A stretch of 54,142 bases of DNA from Bacteroidota bacterium. GTDB lineage: Bacteria; Bacteroidota; Bacteroidia; Palsa-948. The stretch lies in the NCBI GenBank assembly GCA_023251625.1, contig JAHEYK010000003.1:1380-55521 (forward strand). The letters run 5' to 3'. The notes under the pieces were generated by a model. The model searched no databases. It was given only the letters and a program-made list of their open reading frames with translations, and was not told the DNA's origin. Positions 1-8,800 of the stretch are shown here, in pieces (within the stretch, counting starts at the first letter, position 1; every line of letters begins with the position of its first letter). A program made the position numbers and the translations under genes.

Positions 1-539
1 CCTTTGAGCTCAGAAAGTTTGAGCGGAGGAATATTCACATTCAGGCAGATGCCTTTCGGCAGACCGTTTGCAAGGATATTTTTTGAAATGATCTTTGCTA
101 CTTCGGTAGCAGCAGTAAAATCTGCGTTGATGGAATAGTCCATTAAAGAAAATCCTACAGATGGAATTCCGTCTATAGCGCCTTCTACTGCGGCAGACAT
201 CGTTCCCGAATAGATCACATTCACAGAAATATTGGATCCATGATTAATTCCCGAAACAATAAGATCAGGTTTGTGTTTCATCAGTTTATCTGTTGCCATT
301 TTAACACAATCTACCGGGGTTCCGGATAAACTGTATTCCTCTTTAACGTTGTGGTAATTGGTTTTATTGAGCCTGAGGGTAGCATTAATAGTGATGGCAT
401 GCCCCACTCCCGATTGGGGCTTATCAGGCGCAACGATCACCACATCGCCCAATTCCTTTACGGCTGCTACAAGAGCAGCAATGCCGGGAGAAGTGATTCC
501 GTCATCATTAGTAACTAATATAAGCGGTCTTTTTTTCAT
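1..539 (-). CDS. surE: 5'/3'-nucleotidase SurE (3' end of gene outside window)
   Basis: Not in the ORF track because there is no stop in the window. My translation of the minus strand from ATG 539-537 gives MKKRPLILVTNDDGITSPGIAALVAAVKELGDVVIVAPDKPQSGVGHAIT...INHGSNISVNVIYSGTMSAAVEG. This carries the SurE N-terminal NDDG and APD..SG signatures. The frame stays open to position 1. Confidence 0.85.
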   Translation of the reverse strand, partial: MKKRPLILVTNDDGITSPGIAALVAAVKELGDVVIVAPDKPQSGVGHAITINATLRLNKTNYHNVKEEYSLSGTPVDCVKMATDKLMKHKPDLIVSGINHGSNISVNVIYSGTMSAAVEGAIDGIPSVGFSLMDYSINADFTAATEVAKIISKNILANGLPKGICLNVNIPPLKLSELK

Positions 540-551
540 ACATTTTTCTGG

Positions 552-634
552 TTACGAATTACGAATCCATTACGAATGTTACCAATCTGGGTTGTATTCA
601 TTCGTTAAATTCGTTACTGATTCGTAATTCGTAA
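552..634. repeat. Imperfect inverted repeat built from heptamer TTACGAA / TTCGTAA copies
   Basis: TTACGAA occurs at 552-558, 559-565 and 570-576. Facing them are TTCGTTA at 601-607 and 610-616 and TTCGTAA at 621-627 and 628-634. The repeat lies between the receptor stop (643-645) and the surE start (539). Confidence 0.7.
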
Positions 635-642
635 GCAGGGCA

Positions 643-2883
643 TTAAAATCTATAATTAATACTCACAAACAACCCTCTGCCGCGCGAGGCATATCCGCGT
701 ATCTCAGTATACTGTTCATTGAAAATATTTTCTACTCTGAGTAAGCCGGAAATATTGTCGTTGAACTTCACTCCCATGATGACATCAAATAAAGTATAGG
801 ACTGCACCGGTATTTTTCCAAAGGCACCATAAGGCCCGAGCCCGGAATCATATATAACATCGTTACGTTTAGAAACATATTTCATCACGCCTTTAAAAAA
901 GACTCTTGAAGAAAGCATGTACGTAAGTGTGAAATTTGCAGTGACAGGTCTGCGGGTCAGACCGCTGGATTGCACCTTATCTGTCAGGAACGATCCGTTA
1001 TTAAACAGCTGAACGTGGTTGCCCTCAGTCTTTACAGTATCTATCCACACGGAGGCAAAATCCTGCGTGCCTTTAAGATAAGAAAAATTACCCGACACAA
1101 GGAATTTATTTCCGATAGCGCCATGCGCTTCCAGCTCAATTCCTTCGGTAGTGATCGTTCCGAGGTTCAGATACGTATCACCGCGAAAATCATTTCTCAT
1201 CCAGTTATTTCCAAGGGTATCCAACCCTATATTTTTATCCCAGAGATATACATACTCGATCACGTCCCGTATCACTGTTTTAAAATAGCTGATGCGCACT
1301 CCTGTTTTATCATTGATCTTCTGATAGAGGCCGAACTCTCTTGTCACTGAAGTTTCAGGACGAAGATTCACATTCCCTCTTGAGATAAATGACGACACAT
1401 CGCGATCAGGTGAATGCAATTCATACAATGAAGGCGCATTATATCCCGTAGATATATTTGCATACAAAGTAGATGTTGCAGAAATTTTCACCATGGGATT
1501 GAACTGATAGGTAGTATAGCCGCCAAAGGTGTTATTGCTGTTATTTCTTGCCCCCATAGAAACAGAAAGTGCTTTTAATTTTTCTGAGATCAATGAGCCC
1601 TTCAACTCTGTCAAAATAAAAAAACTAGCGGTATGAGAAGCCTCGATAGAATCAAGATTTGATGAGGTCGCAAATCCGGAGTAATAAGCATAAACATCCT
1701 GGCTCATAAACTGATCGTTCAATGCTCCGCCAAGCACAGCGCTCCAGTTTTTTTGCTTGATCTGCAGTTGGAGTTCGTTGGAGTAAGTTTCTCCGGTATA
1801 AACTCCTCTTGAATAGCTATGATCATAATGACCTGCATTGTCTGTCCTGGAAGAATCATTGAGGAGAGTTCTAATGGTCGTGGAATGTCCCCCGTTGAAC
1901 GCAATAATAAAACCACTGTCTAATTTGCAGGAAGCGCCATAAGAAAGCATCTTACGCTGAAAGTCAAGTGTGGAATTATCATCATCCTTAAACTCGCGAG
2001 AATCAATGTCGGCATGTGTTTGTGTGACCTTTTGAGTAACGCTCAGGTCCCACATGTTGCTCTTATACCCTACTCTACCTCCATAATCAAAACGTGTCAT
2101 ACCATCTTTGTCGTGAGGCATTCCTTTTCCATTCATGGTATCAACGGTAGCGTCAATACCATTACTATTAACATTGTTCAAATTCAGGTTGGCATACAAA
2201 CCACTCTTGCATGTATAATTCATGCCGATATTTTGCCCGATAAGGGATGTTTGATCTCCAAAGGTACCGGCAGTTCCGGTGGCATTAAGGTTTAAACCTT
2301 GCTTTTGTTTTTTATTGGTAATTATATTAATAACACCTCCAATGGCTGAAGAACCATATAACGTGCTATGAGAGCCACGAACGATCTCGATATGATCGAT
2401 CTCAGCGAGAGAAAGTTCAGAAAGATCCAGCGCACCTGTTGGCGTACTTGGGTCGGCTATGACCATTCCATCGATCATGACCACCGATTGGTTACTGTTG
2501 GCACCACGCATGAAGAGGCTTTGGTTTGCACCAAAATTTTGCTGCCCTCCGGCAACATAAATACCTTCTGCCATATTAAGCACTTCAGCAGGCGTGTTAG
2601 CGCCTGATCTTCTAATATCTTCAGCAGAAATGACAGAAATGCTCCTGCCAACCTGGTCGATTGTCTTTTCGGTTCTGGATCCGGTTACTACTACTTCATT
2701 AAGGTGTTTTGCGGTATCCTGTTCTGCCGACTGATCTACCTGGGGAGATTCCTGTACAGATGTATCCTGTTTAGCAGGAGAATCCTTCCATACCGAACGG
2801 TTGCGCATGCCATTAGTACGCTGCGCCTGAGAGATGCCGGCAAATAAAATAAGCGATACGCTTAGCAGATAGATCTTCTTCAT
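643..2883 (-). CDS. btuB: TonB-dependent outer-membrane receptor, BtuB-like (cobalamin uptake inferred from the riboswitch)
   Basis: The track ORF is 791 aa. The likely true start is MKKIYLLSVSLILFAGISQAQ (ATG 2883-2881, signal peptide). Plug-domain motifs are present (VVVTGSRTEK, RGANSNQSVVMIDG). The barrel ends in ...FVSINYRF with an aromatic terminus. A cobalamin riboswitch lies upstream. Confidence 0.8.
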   Translation of the reverse strand: MKKIYLLSVSLILFAGISQAQRTNGMRNRSVWKDSPAKQDTSVQESPQVDQSAEQDTAKHLNEVVVTGSRTEKTIDQVGRSISVISAEDIRRSGANTPAEVLNMAEGIYVAGGQQNFGANQSLFMRGANSNQSVVMIDGMVIADPSTPTGALDLSELSLAEIDHIEIVRGSHSTLYGSSAIGGVINIITNKKQKQGLNLNATGTAGTFGDQTSLIGQNIGMNYTCKSGLYANLNLNNVNSNGIDATVDTMNGKGMPHDKDGMTRFDYGGRVGYKSNMWDLSVTQKVTQTHADIDSREFKDDDNSTLDFQRKMLSYGASCKLDSGFIIAFNGGHSTTIRTLLNDSSRTDNAGHYDHSYSRGVYTGETYSNELQLQIKQKNWSAVLGGALNDQFMSQDVYAYYSGFATSSNLDSIEASHTASFFILTELKGSLISEKLKALSVSMGARNNSNNTFGGYTTYQFNPMVKISATSTLYANISTGYNAPSLYELHSPDRDVSSFISRGNVNLRPETSVTREFGLYQKINDKTGVRISYFKTVIRDVIEYVYLWDKNIGLDTLGNNWMRNDFRGDTYLNLGTITTEGIELEAHGAIGNKFLVSGNFSYLKGTQDFASVWIDTVKTEGNHVQLFNNGSFLTDKVQSSGLTRRPVTANFTLTYMLSSRVFFKGVMKYVSKRNDVIYDSGLGPYGAFGKIPVQSYTLFDVIMGVKFNDNISGLLRVENIFNEQYTEIRGYASRGRGLFVSINYRF

Positions 2884-3124
2884 AACGGGAATCTTGGTTT
2901 TGATGTTCAGCAAAGATAAAACACTTTGCGCGATGATGATGTTGTGTGTTTGCATTTTGTTGTTGTTTTGTTCCTGCCCCGGCTTTGTTCCACGCAAAGC
3001 AAAAGCAGAAGTTAGCATTTTGTTTTTTTATCGGAACAGGAGGAATAAAGAAGAGAAAAGAAAACAGCTAAAAAAATTTCTTCTCTCTATCTTCACTTTC
3101 TCCCGAAGTTCCGAATGAGGCAAT

Positions 3125-3385
3125 GAGGTGGAATCATTGCTATTGCTCCGGCAGGTCTTCTGGCTTGTTCTGTTCCACACCTTCCCGTCAATAAAAGACA
3201 GTGGTATTTCGTGAAACAATTAATCGTCTTGTCCTCCCTAATCCCCACACCGAGGGACAAAGGAAAACCAAACTATTAACTAAAGAACTTACAGCAGCGG
3301 GAACTGCTCACGATTTGAACGTGATTCCCTTTTAATCCTAACATCTGATAATAACTATCAGAAATCAGGAACCATTGCAGGACGA
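3125..3385 (-). promoter_or_regulatory. Cobalamin (B12) riboswitch; ends approximate
   Basis: The minus-strand read shows GGTTCCTG, a hairpin, AAAAGGGAATCACG..GTGAGCAGTTCCCGCTGCTGTAAG, then CACTGTC..GACGGGAAGGTG. A B12 box AAGCCAGAAGACCTGCCGGAG sits at plus coordinates 3146-3166. These are the conserved core elements of the cobalamin riboswitch class. Confidence 0.85.
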
Positions 3386-3457
3386 AGGTACAATTAGAAT
3401 GAGGGAGAAATGAATTGACTGATCTTTTTTATCCACAGACTTATCAAACGAATGAGA

Positions 3458-4279
3458 TCACTTGAATATCCTATCAAAAAACATTTTCATTTCATTAAAC
3501 GAAGCTGTATCAGCTGCTGCATTGTAGGCAATGGGTAGATTATATTTTTTGCCCTTTTCTGTTGCCTCCGGATTTGAAAATGCATGCGTAGCCCCTTCAT
3601 ATGATTTGAACGTATAAGAAGCTCCTATGGAATCCAGTTGGCTTCTGAACTTAGCTGCTTCTTCAGGCTTTACGAATTTATCGTCTGCACCATGACAAAC
3701 CAATATATCAGCTTTCAATAAATTTTTATCAGCCGGCACTCCGAGCAGACTTCCATGGAAACTCACCACGCCTTTAAGATTTTCTCCTAATCGCGCGAAG
3801 TTCAAAACCATTCCTCCTCCGAAGCAATACCCGATGGCTGCTATATTATTGGTATCGGCAACTGCGTATGTTTTAATTTTGGCAAGTGCAGCATCAAATC
3901 TTTTTTTAGCCATCTGAGGATCTTTGTAAAACGGTCCGGCTAATTTTCCGGCATTATCCGGATCTTCTGCTGTTTTTCCATCTCCATACATATCTACCGC
4001 TATAGTGAGGTATCCAAGCGCAGCTAATTGTTTCGCTCTTCCTTTTGCATAATCGTTCAGCCCCCACCATTCGTGTACGATGAGCACCACCGGGCGTTTA
4101 GCTGCGGATGCTTCATTATAAGCCACAAAGCCATTCATGGTAATATTATCACCCGTGTAAGTAATATTCTCTTGTTTAACGGATATCCTTTCTGCTTCCA
4201 TAGTTGATGTGGTTGTATTTGCATCGCAGGCAATCAATAAAAGCAATGTACATGCGCCAATAATTTGAATAACTTTCAT
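3458..4279 (-). CDS. Dienelactone hydrolase family protein, probable lipoprotein
   Basis: Motifs include VLIVHEWWGLNDYAKGRAKQLAALGY, the nucleophile elbow GYCFGG and a C-terminal GATHAF. The track start at 4297 is a TTG. The ATG at 4279 gives MKVIQIIGACTLLLLIAC (lipobox). It lies 16 nt downstream of a TATTTTTG box. Confidence 0.8.
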   Translation of the reverse strand: MKVIQIIGACTLLLLIACDANTTTSTMEAERISVKQENITYTGDNITMNGFVAYNEASAAKRPVVLIVHEWWGLNDYAKGRAKQLAALGYLTIAVDMYGDGKTAEDPDNAGKLAGPFYKDPQMAKKRFDAALAKIKTYAVADTNNIAAIGYCFGGGMVLNFARLGENLKGVVSFHGSLLGVPADKNLLKADILVCHGADDKFVKPEEAAKFRSQLDSIGASYTFKSYEGATHAFSNPEATEKGKKYNLPIAYNAAADTASFNEMKMFFDRIFK

Positions 4280-4294
4280 AGGTTTAATGTTACC

Positions 4295-4302
4295 CAAAAA
4301 TA
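4295..4302 (-). promoter_or_regulatory. Candidate Bacteroidota -7 promoter box (TATTTTTG on the minus strand)
   Basis: Plus-strand CAAAAATA equals TAnnTTTG on the minus strand, just upstream of the ATG at 4279. Confidence 0.35.
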
Positions 4303-4315
4303 GGTATTTCTGAAC

Positions 4316-4537
4316 ATGAAGGAACAGGCAAACAATCCACTACACGGAAAGACGCTCCAAATGATCCTGGAAGATCTGTTCGACCATTATGGCTGGGAAG
4401 CTTTGGCCAATCAGGTAAACATCAATTGCTTTAAGTCAAATCCAAGTATAAAATCATCACTCACTTTTTTACGCAAAACTCCCTGGGCCAGAAAAAAAGT
4501 GGAAGATCTCTACCTGGACCTATTCAATGAAAAATGA
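4316..4537 (+). CDS. VF530/DUF2132 family small DNA-binding-like protein
   Basis: 73 aa. The sequence [24 protein letters not shown]...[26 protein letters not shown] matches my memory of the DUF2132 consensus. Confidence 0.7.
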   Translation: MKEQANNPLHGKTLQMILEDLFDHYGWEALANQVNINCFKSNPSIKSSLTFLRKTPWARKKVEDLYLDLFNEK

Positions 4538-4568
4538 TTTTTATCAGTTCTTCACCTCTCATATCCTG

Positions 4569-4576
4569 TATATTTG
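4569..4576 (+). promoter_or_regulatory. Candidate -7 promoter box TATATTTG
   Basis: TAnnTTTG match 29 nt upstream of the ATG at 4606. Confidence 0.4.
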
Positions 4577-4605
4577 TCTAAACCAATCCAATCATTTTAT
4601 CACAA

Positions 4606-5388
4606 ATGGAAGAATTCATCACAAGCAATCTGGCAGTCTTCATCGACTTTCAGAATATTGCTTATACGGATAAAAAAGACCCTAAACAAATAGCCACACA
4701 CACCAAGCAGGTAAAGGCCGAGATGCGCAGTGCGATTAACTACCTGAAAAGTCGTGGAAGGCTCATTGTAAAAAAAGCGTATGCCGACTGGGCCGGACAG
4801 TTTGCTACCTACCGCCAGCAGATGCTGGAGGATTCGATCGAATTAACGGAAGTGCCTTCTCAATACAGCGGAAAGAACTCTGCAGATATTAAACTATCGG
4901 TAGATGCGCTCGAAATTGCCTTGTCAAAAAACTACATTGATACGTTTGTGGTCATATCGGGCGACAGCGATTTTGCCCCGCTGATCTCGATGCTGCGCGA
5001 ACATAATAAATATGTGATCGTGATCGGACGCAAAGGGAACTTAAGCGCCCTGCTCAAGGGCTATTGTGATGAGTTAAAGAATTTCTCAGATATCATTGTG
5101 GAAGAAGAAGAGGAAGTATCGGACGAGACAGATATCCGTTACGCATACAAACTGCTTAAAGAAGCCGCTAACTACTTCAACGAACGAGGAAAGCAAATAA
5201 ATGCAGGTGGAATAAAAAACCACCTGGTACAGCTGGACTCTTCATTCAGCCAGACAAAATACGGCTTTAAGATGTGGAATGATTTTTTAAGACAGGCTGA
5301 AAAGGATAAGATCATTAAACTGGAACAGCACCCGAGAGATAAAAATGCTTTTTTTATTCTGCCCTACAGCATTACTACCAGGAAATAG
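4606..5388 (+). CDS. NYN (LabA-like) nuclease-domain protein with C-terminal OST-HTH/LOTUS domain
   Basis: N-terminal NYN motifs are present: VFIDFQNI, ADIKLSVDA and VISGDSDFAPLISMLREHNKYVIVIG. After an acidic linker (EEEEEVSDE), the C-terminus AYKLLKEAANYF...IKNHLVQLDSSFSQTKYGFKMWNDFL resembles OST-HTH. Confidence 0.75.
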   Translation: MEEFITSNLAVFIDFQNIAYTDKKDPKQIATHTKQVKAEMRSAINYLKSRGRLIVKKAYADWAGQFATYRQQMLEDSIELTEVPSQYSGKNSADIKLSVDALEIALSKNYIDTFVVISGDSDFAPLISMLREHNKYVIVIGRKGNLSALLKGYCDELKNFSDIIVEEEEEVSDETDIRYAYKLLKEAANYFNERGKQINAGGIKNHLVQLDSSFSQTKYGFKMWNDFLRQAEKDKIIKLEQHPRDKNAFFILPYSITTRK

Positions 5389-5802
5389 CTATGGCTTTAT
5401 CTTGAAGGTAATCTTTGTATTCAGGGTCGATTTTTCTTTCCCCTGATACTTCACAACAATTTTTTCGATGTAGAGATTATCTCCGGGCTTTACTTTACTG
5501 ATCAGTATCTTTTGTTTTTTACTCAGTCTGTTTCCATAGGTTATTTCAGAGATCCCACGCCCATCAATAATTGTAAAAACATTGTAAGAAACAATTTTTC
5601 CGGTCTCTTTACCGGGAACAGAAAGTATATACAATGAATCTAATTTAATTATCTGATTTCCAGATAATTCATTTATACTACCTAAAGTAAATTTCCCATA
5701 TACTATTTGAGAAGATGGTGAAGTTTTTTCTTTAGCGCCCTGACCATACATACTGCCACTTGCCATCACAGCAAGTGCAAAGACAATAAGAATGCGTTTC
5801 AT
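5389..5802 (-). CDS. Small secreted hypothetical protein, last gene of the adhesin operon
   Basis: 137 aa with signal peptide MKRILIVFALAVMASGSMYGQ. The start is 14 nt downstream of the giant gene. GNRLSKKQKILISKVKPGDNLYIEKIVVKY weakly recalls the GldM C-terminal domain pattern (unverified). Confidence 0.6.
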   Translation of the reverse strand: MKRILIVFALAVMASGSMYGQGAKEKTSPSSQIVYGKFTLGSINELSGNQIIKLDSLYILSVPGKETGKIVSYNVFTIIDGRGISEITYGNRLSKKQKILISKVKPGDNLYIEKIVVKYQGKEKSTLNTKITFKIKP

Positions 5803-5815
5803 TTTCTCTTATACG

Positions 5816-8800
5816 TTATTGGATAATTATTTTTTTGTTTATGATCGTATGACCACTTGTTACTCGTACCTGATAAACACCTTTTGCATATCCGGCCATG
5901 TTGATAAGAAGTTTTTTACTTCTATCTAAAGCCTCCATTATACGAAGTTCTTCTCCCATCATATTAAATATCTTCACCTCTGCCCTATCCATACCGTTGT
6001 TCAATTCCAACATAAAGGAACCGCTGGATGGGTTGGGATAAACAGAAACCACATAACTGTCATTCACCCCCGGAACAGCGGTTACGGTAGTATCAGCAAT
6101 ACGATTCACATTTGATTTAGATAAGTTAAGGTTGGAGGTCATTGGATCAGGGCCATGTTTGATAGAGACCACACAAGCCGATCCGGGATGATCCACTTCG
6201 ATGTAATATCCGATCGTATCGGTGATCAAATAACATTTCGTATCGGTCCATGCATTATTTCCAAAACTAACCGAATCTACAGGGTGATAGACGCCTGTTC
6301 CTGTATCGCGCATGATCCGGTATTGAGTGATCGGAAACCCGATATAATCATTCCAGGTAAGGTTGTAACCGCAAGGAGATGCAGGCGTAACAGCCAGGTG
6401 AATGGTTCTGTGGAATGAACTTAAAGGGCTTTCATTTCCGCAAACATCCACGGTAGAGACTTTATACTTGTACGCAGTGATATTAGGATTTACCCCTATG
6501 GTAGAATCCACATATTGGCTCTGGCTGCTGTATTTAGTGTTTCCGATGTACGTGAACGTTGAAGCGATCTCTCTGTAAATTCTAAAGCTGTCAATAGTAG
6601 TTGAAACAGGTTTCTCCCAAACAATTACATTCATTTTGGAAGTGCTGTCTACTGTTACTGCACAGATATTCTGAGATATCAGCGTATCCACCGTAACAGC
6701 AAGCATAGAAGGCGTTCCGCTTCCGCAGGCATTAGTTGGAGTCACCATCACATTGCCTGTCAATGCAGAATCAGAATAGTTGACAAGGACCGCATTCGTA
6801 TTATTACCCGAAGCAATAACTGCTCCTGTTGGCAGAACCCATATATACCCGGTTGCATGATTGACCGGGGTTACACTGTATGAAACACCGATTTGAACAG
6901 GACATATTGATATGGTTGATGCACCGGTAATTGCACCGGCAGGATCCGGTAAAGGGTTTACTGTCACGGCAAACGAATCGGTTGACAACCCGTTTCCACA
7001 GCCGTTGGTTCCGGTCACGGTTACAAATCCTGTATCAGCTGTTGCCGAATAATCTACAGTGATCGTATTTGTATTTAATCCACTTGCAATGGAAGCGCCC
7101 TGAGGAAGTGACCAGCTATAACCTGTTGCATTCGCAATTGCAGGAACCGTATAAACAACGCCCGATTGTGTTTGACAAACCGTTGCGCTGCCTGTGATCG
7201 TATTGGCAAGGCCCGGGAGCGGAGAAACTGTAACTGCAACAGACGAAGCAACTCCATCACCACATCCATTGATTCCATTCACTGAGATGGTCCCTGAAGC
7301 AGCTGTAGGAGAGATGCTCATTATTATATTGTTTGTGTTGGCACCTGAATTAAGAATAAATCCGGCAGGAAGAATCCAGTTGTATCCGGTAGTTGCATTA
7401 GGGATAGAACTGACAAATGCCGATATGGTTGCAGGGCTGCCTGCGCAAACGGTCGTATTTCCTGAATTAAAAAGTATGGCAGTAGCTGCAGATGGAAGTG
7501 GGTTTACAGTGACTGACTGCGTAGAAGCAGTTCCGCTTCCGCAAGTATTCACACCTTTAACACTTATATTTCCAGAAGCAGCAGCAATAGAATAAGCTAC
7601 AGTGACTGTTCCTGTATTCGCAGATCCGACAATCGAAACTCCGGAGGGAAGTGTCCATGAATATGTATTTGCATACTGGAGTGAAGCAATACCATATACC
7701 ACAGTATCACCGGGACAAACAGTCGTATTCCCTGAAATAATACCTGCAGGAACAGGAAGTGAATCGATACTAAAACCATACGCTGATGAAGAAGTGCCTA
7801 CACCACATGAGTTTTGTCCCATCACATCAATTGTTCCATCAGTAGCAGAGTTTGAAAAGCTAACCGTTATTGAATTTGTATTGAGTCCTCCTGTAATAGA
7901 TGCACCGGGAGGAAGCGTCCATGTATATGTACTTGCACCCGATATTGCACCGGTAGTAAATACAACTCCGGTGGCACTCTGGCAGGCACTTGTAGGGCCT
8001 GAAATCACGCCTGTGGCACCGGGTAAATTATTCATAGCTATTGCCTGATTATAGGTAGTACCATCTCCGCAAGAGTTATGGCCCGTCACAGAAATATTTC
8101 CTGCAACTGCACTGTTACTGAAGCTAACTGAAATGGTATTTGAAGTTGCAGCGCCAATAATGGTTCCGCCTGAAGGCACAGACCAGGAATAGGTAGTGGC
8201 CCCGGAAATAGGTGTAACAGAATAAGTAATACCCGTCTGGCCCTGACAGACTGTTGCAGGCCCGCTGATGGTTGTAGCTGTTCCCGGCAAGGCAGTAAGA
8301 TTAATATAGCCTGACTTTCCATTAGAACTTGAACTAGGTATGTTGGATGTGATCGTTAATGAAACCGAATATATTCCCGGAGTTGAATAAGTGATCGGAG
8401 GAGGGTTGGTACCTATTGAAGTAGTGTAGGTACTGGGTGTTCCTCCCGGAAAACTCCAGGTCCAGTCAATGATCGTATTACCGCCTGAAAAAGAGAGATC
8501 AGAAAAACTTACGGTTGTATTGGTACCGCAGAAATTAGTTTGATTAGCAATAAAATCAGCCGTCATCGGACAATTATTTCTTTTAACGCTTACCTGGCTC
8601 ACTGAAGCAGGACAAGGTGCATTGGAGATAGTCCATGCAAGACGAACCGAATCCAAAACAGCCATCGTGTTCAACTGAGAATTATAAGCTGATGGTGTTT
8701 GAATCGCCTGCGTAGAAGATCCGGACTTATATATAAAAGACCATCCGCCCGTTCCGATTCCACCAGAAGAAGGATCATTTCCTGCAAGATTTGTTGCTGA

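Noticed and set aside
358-627. Track ORF 358..627 (+), 89 aa
   Set aside because: It is antisense to the well-supported surE N-terminus and runs on through the heptamer inverted repeat, so it is not credible as coding.
2894-3219. Track ORFs 2894..3118 (+) and 3028..3219 (-) in the receptor leader
   Set aside because: They overlap the riboswitch B12 box and the purine/pyrimidine-tract leader. The translations are low-complexity (K/E/R or F/L/S runs) and there is no start context.
4280-4297. Extended starts given by the ORF track at TTG/GTG codons (4297, 30988, 36800, 37846, 40533, 43467, 44567, 45576, 53537)
   Set aside because: In each case an in-frame ATG a few codons downstream gives a canonical N-terminus: a signal peptide, a Rossmann or GT motif, or MIAIVDYG. 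It also removes long overlaps with the upstream gene. At 4297 the TTG is itself part of a TAnnTTTG promoter box.
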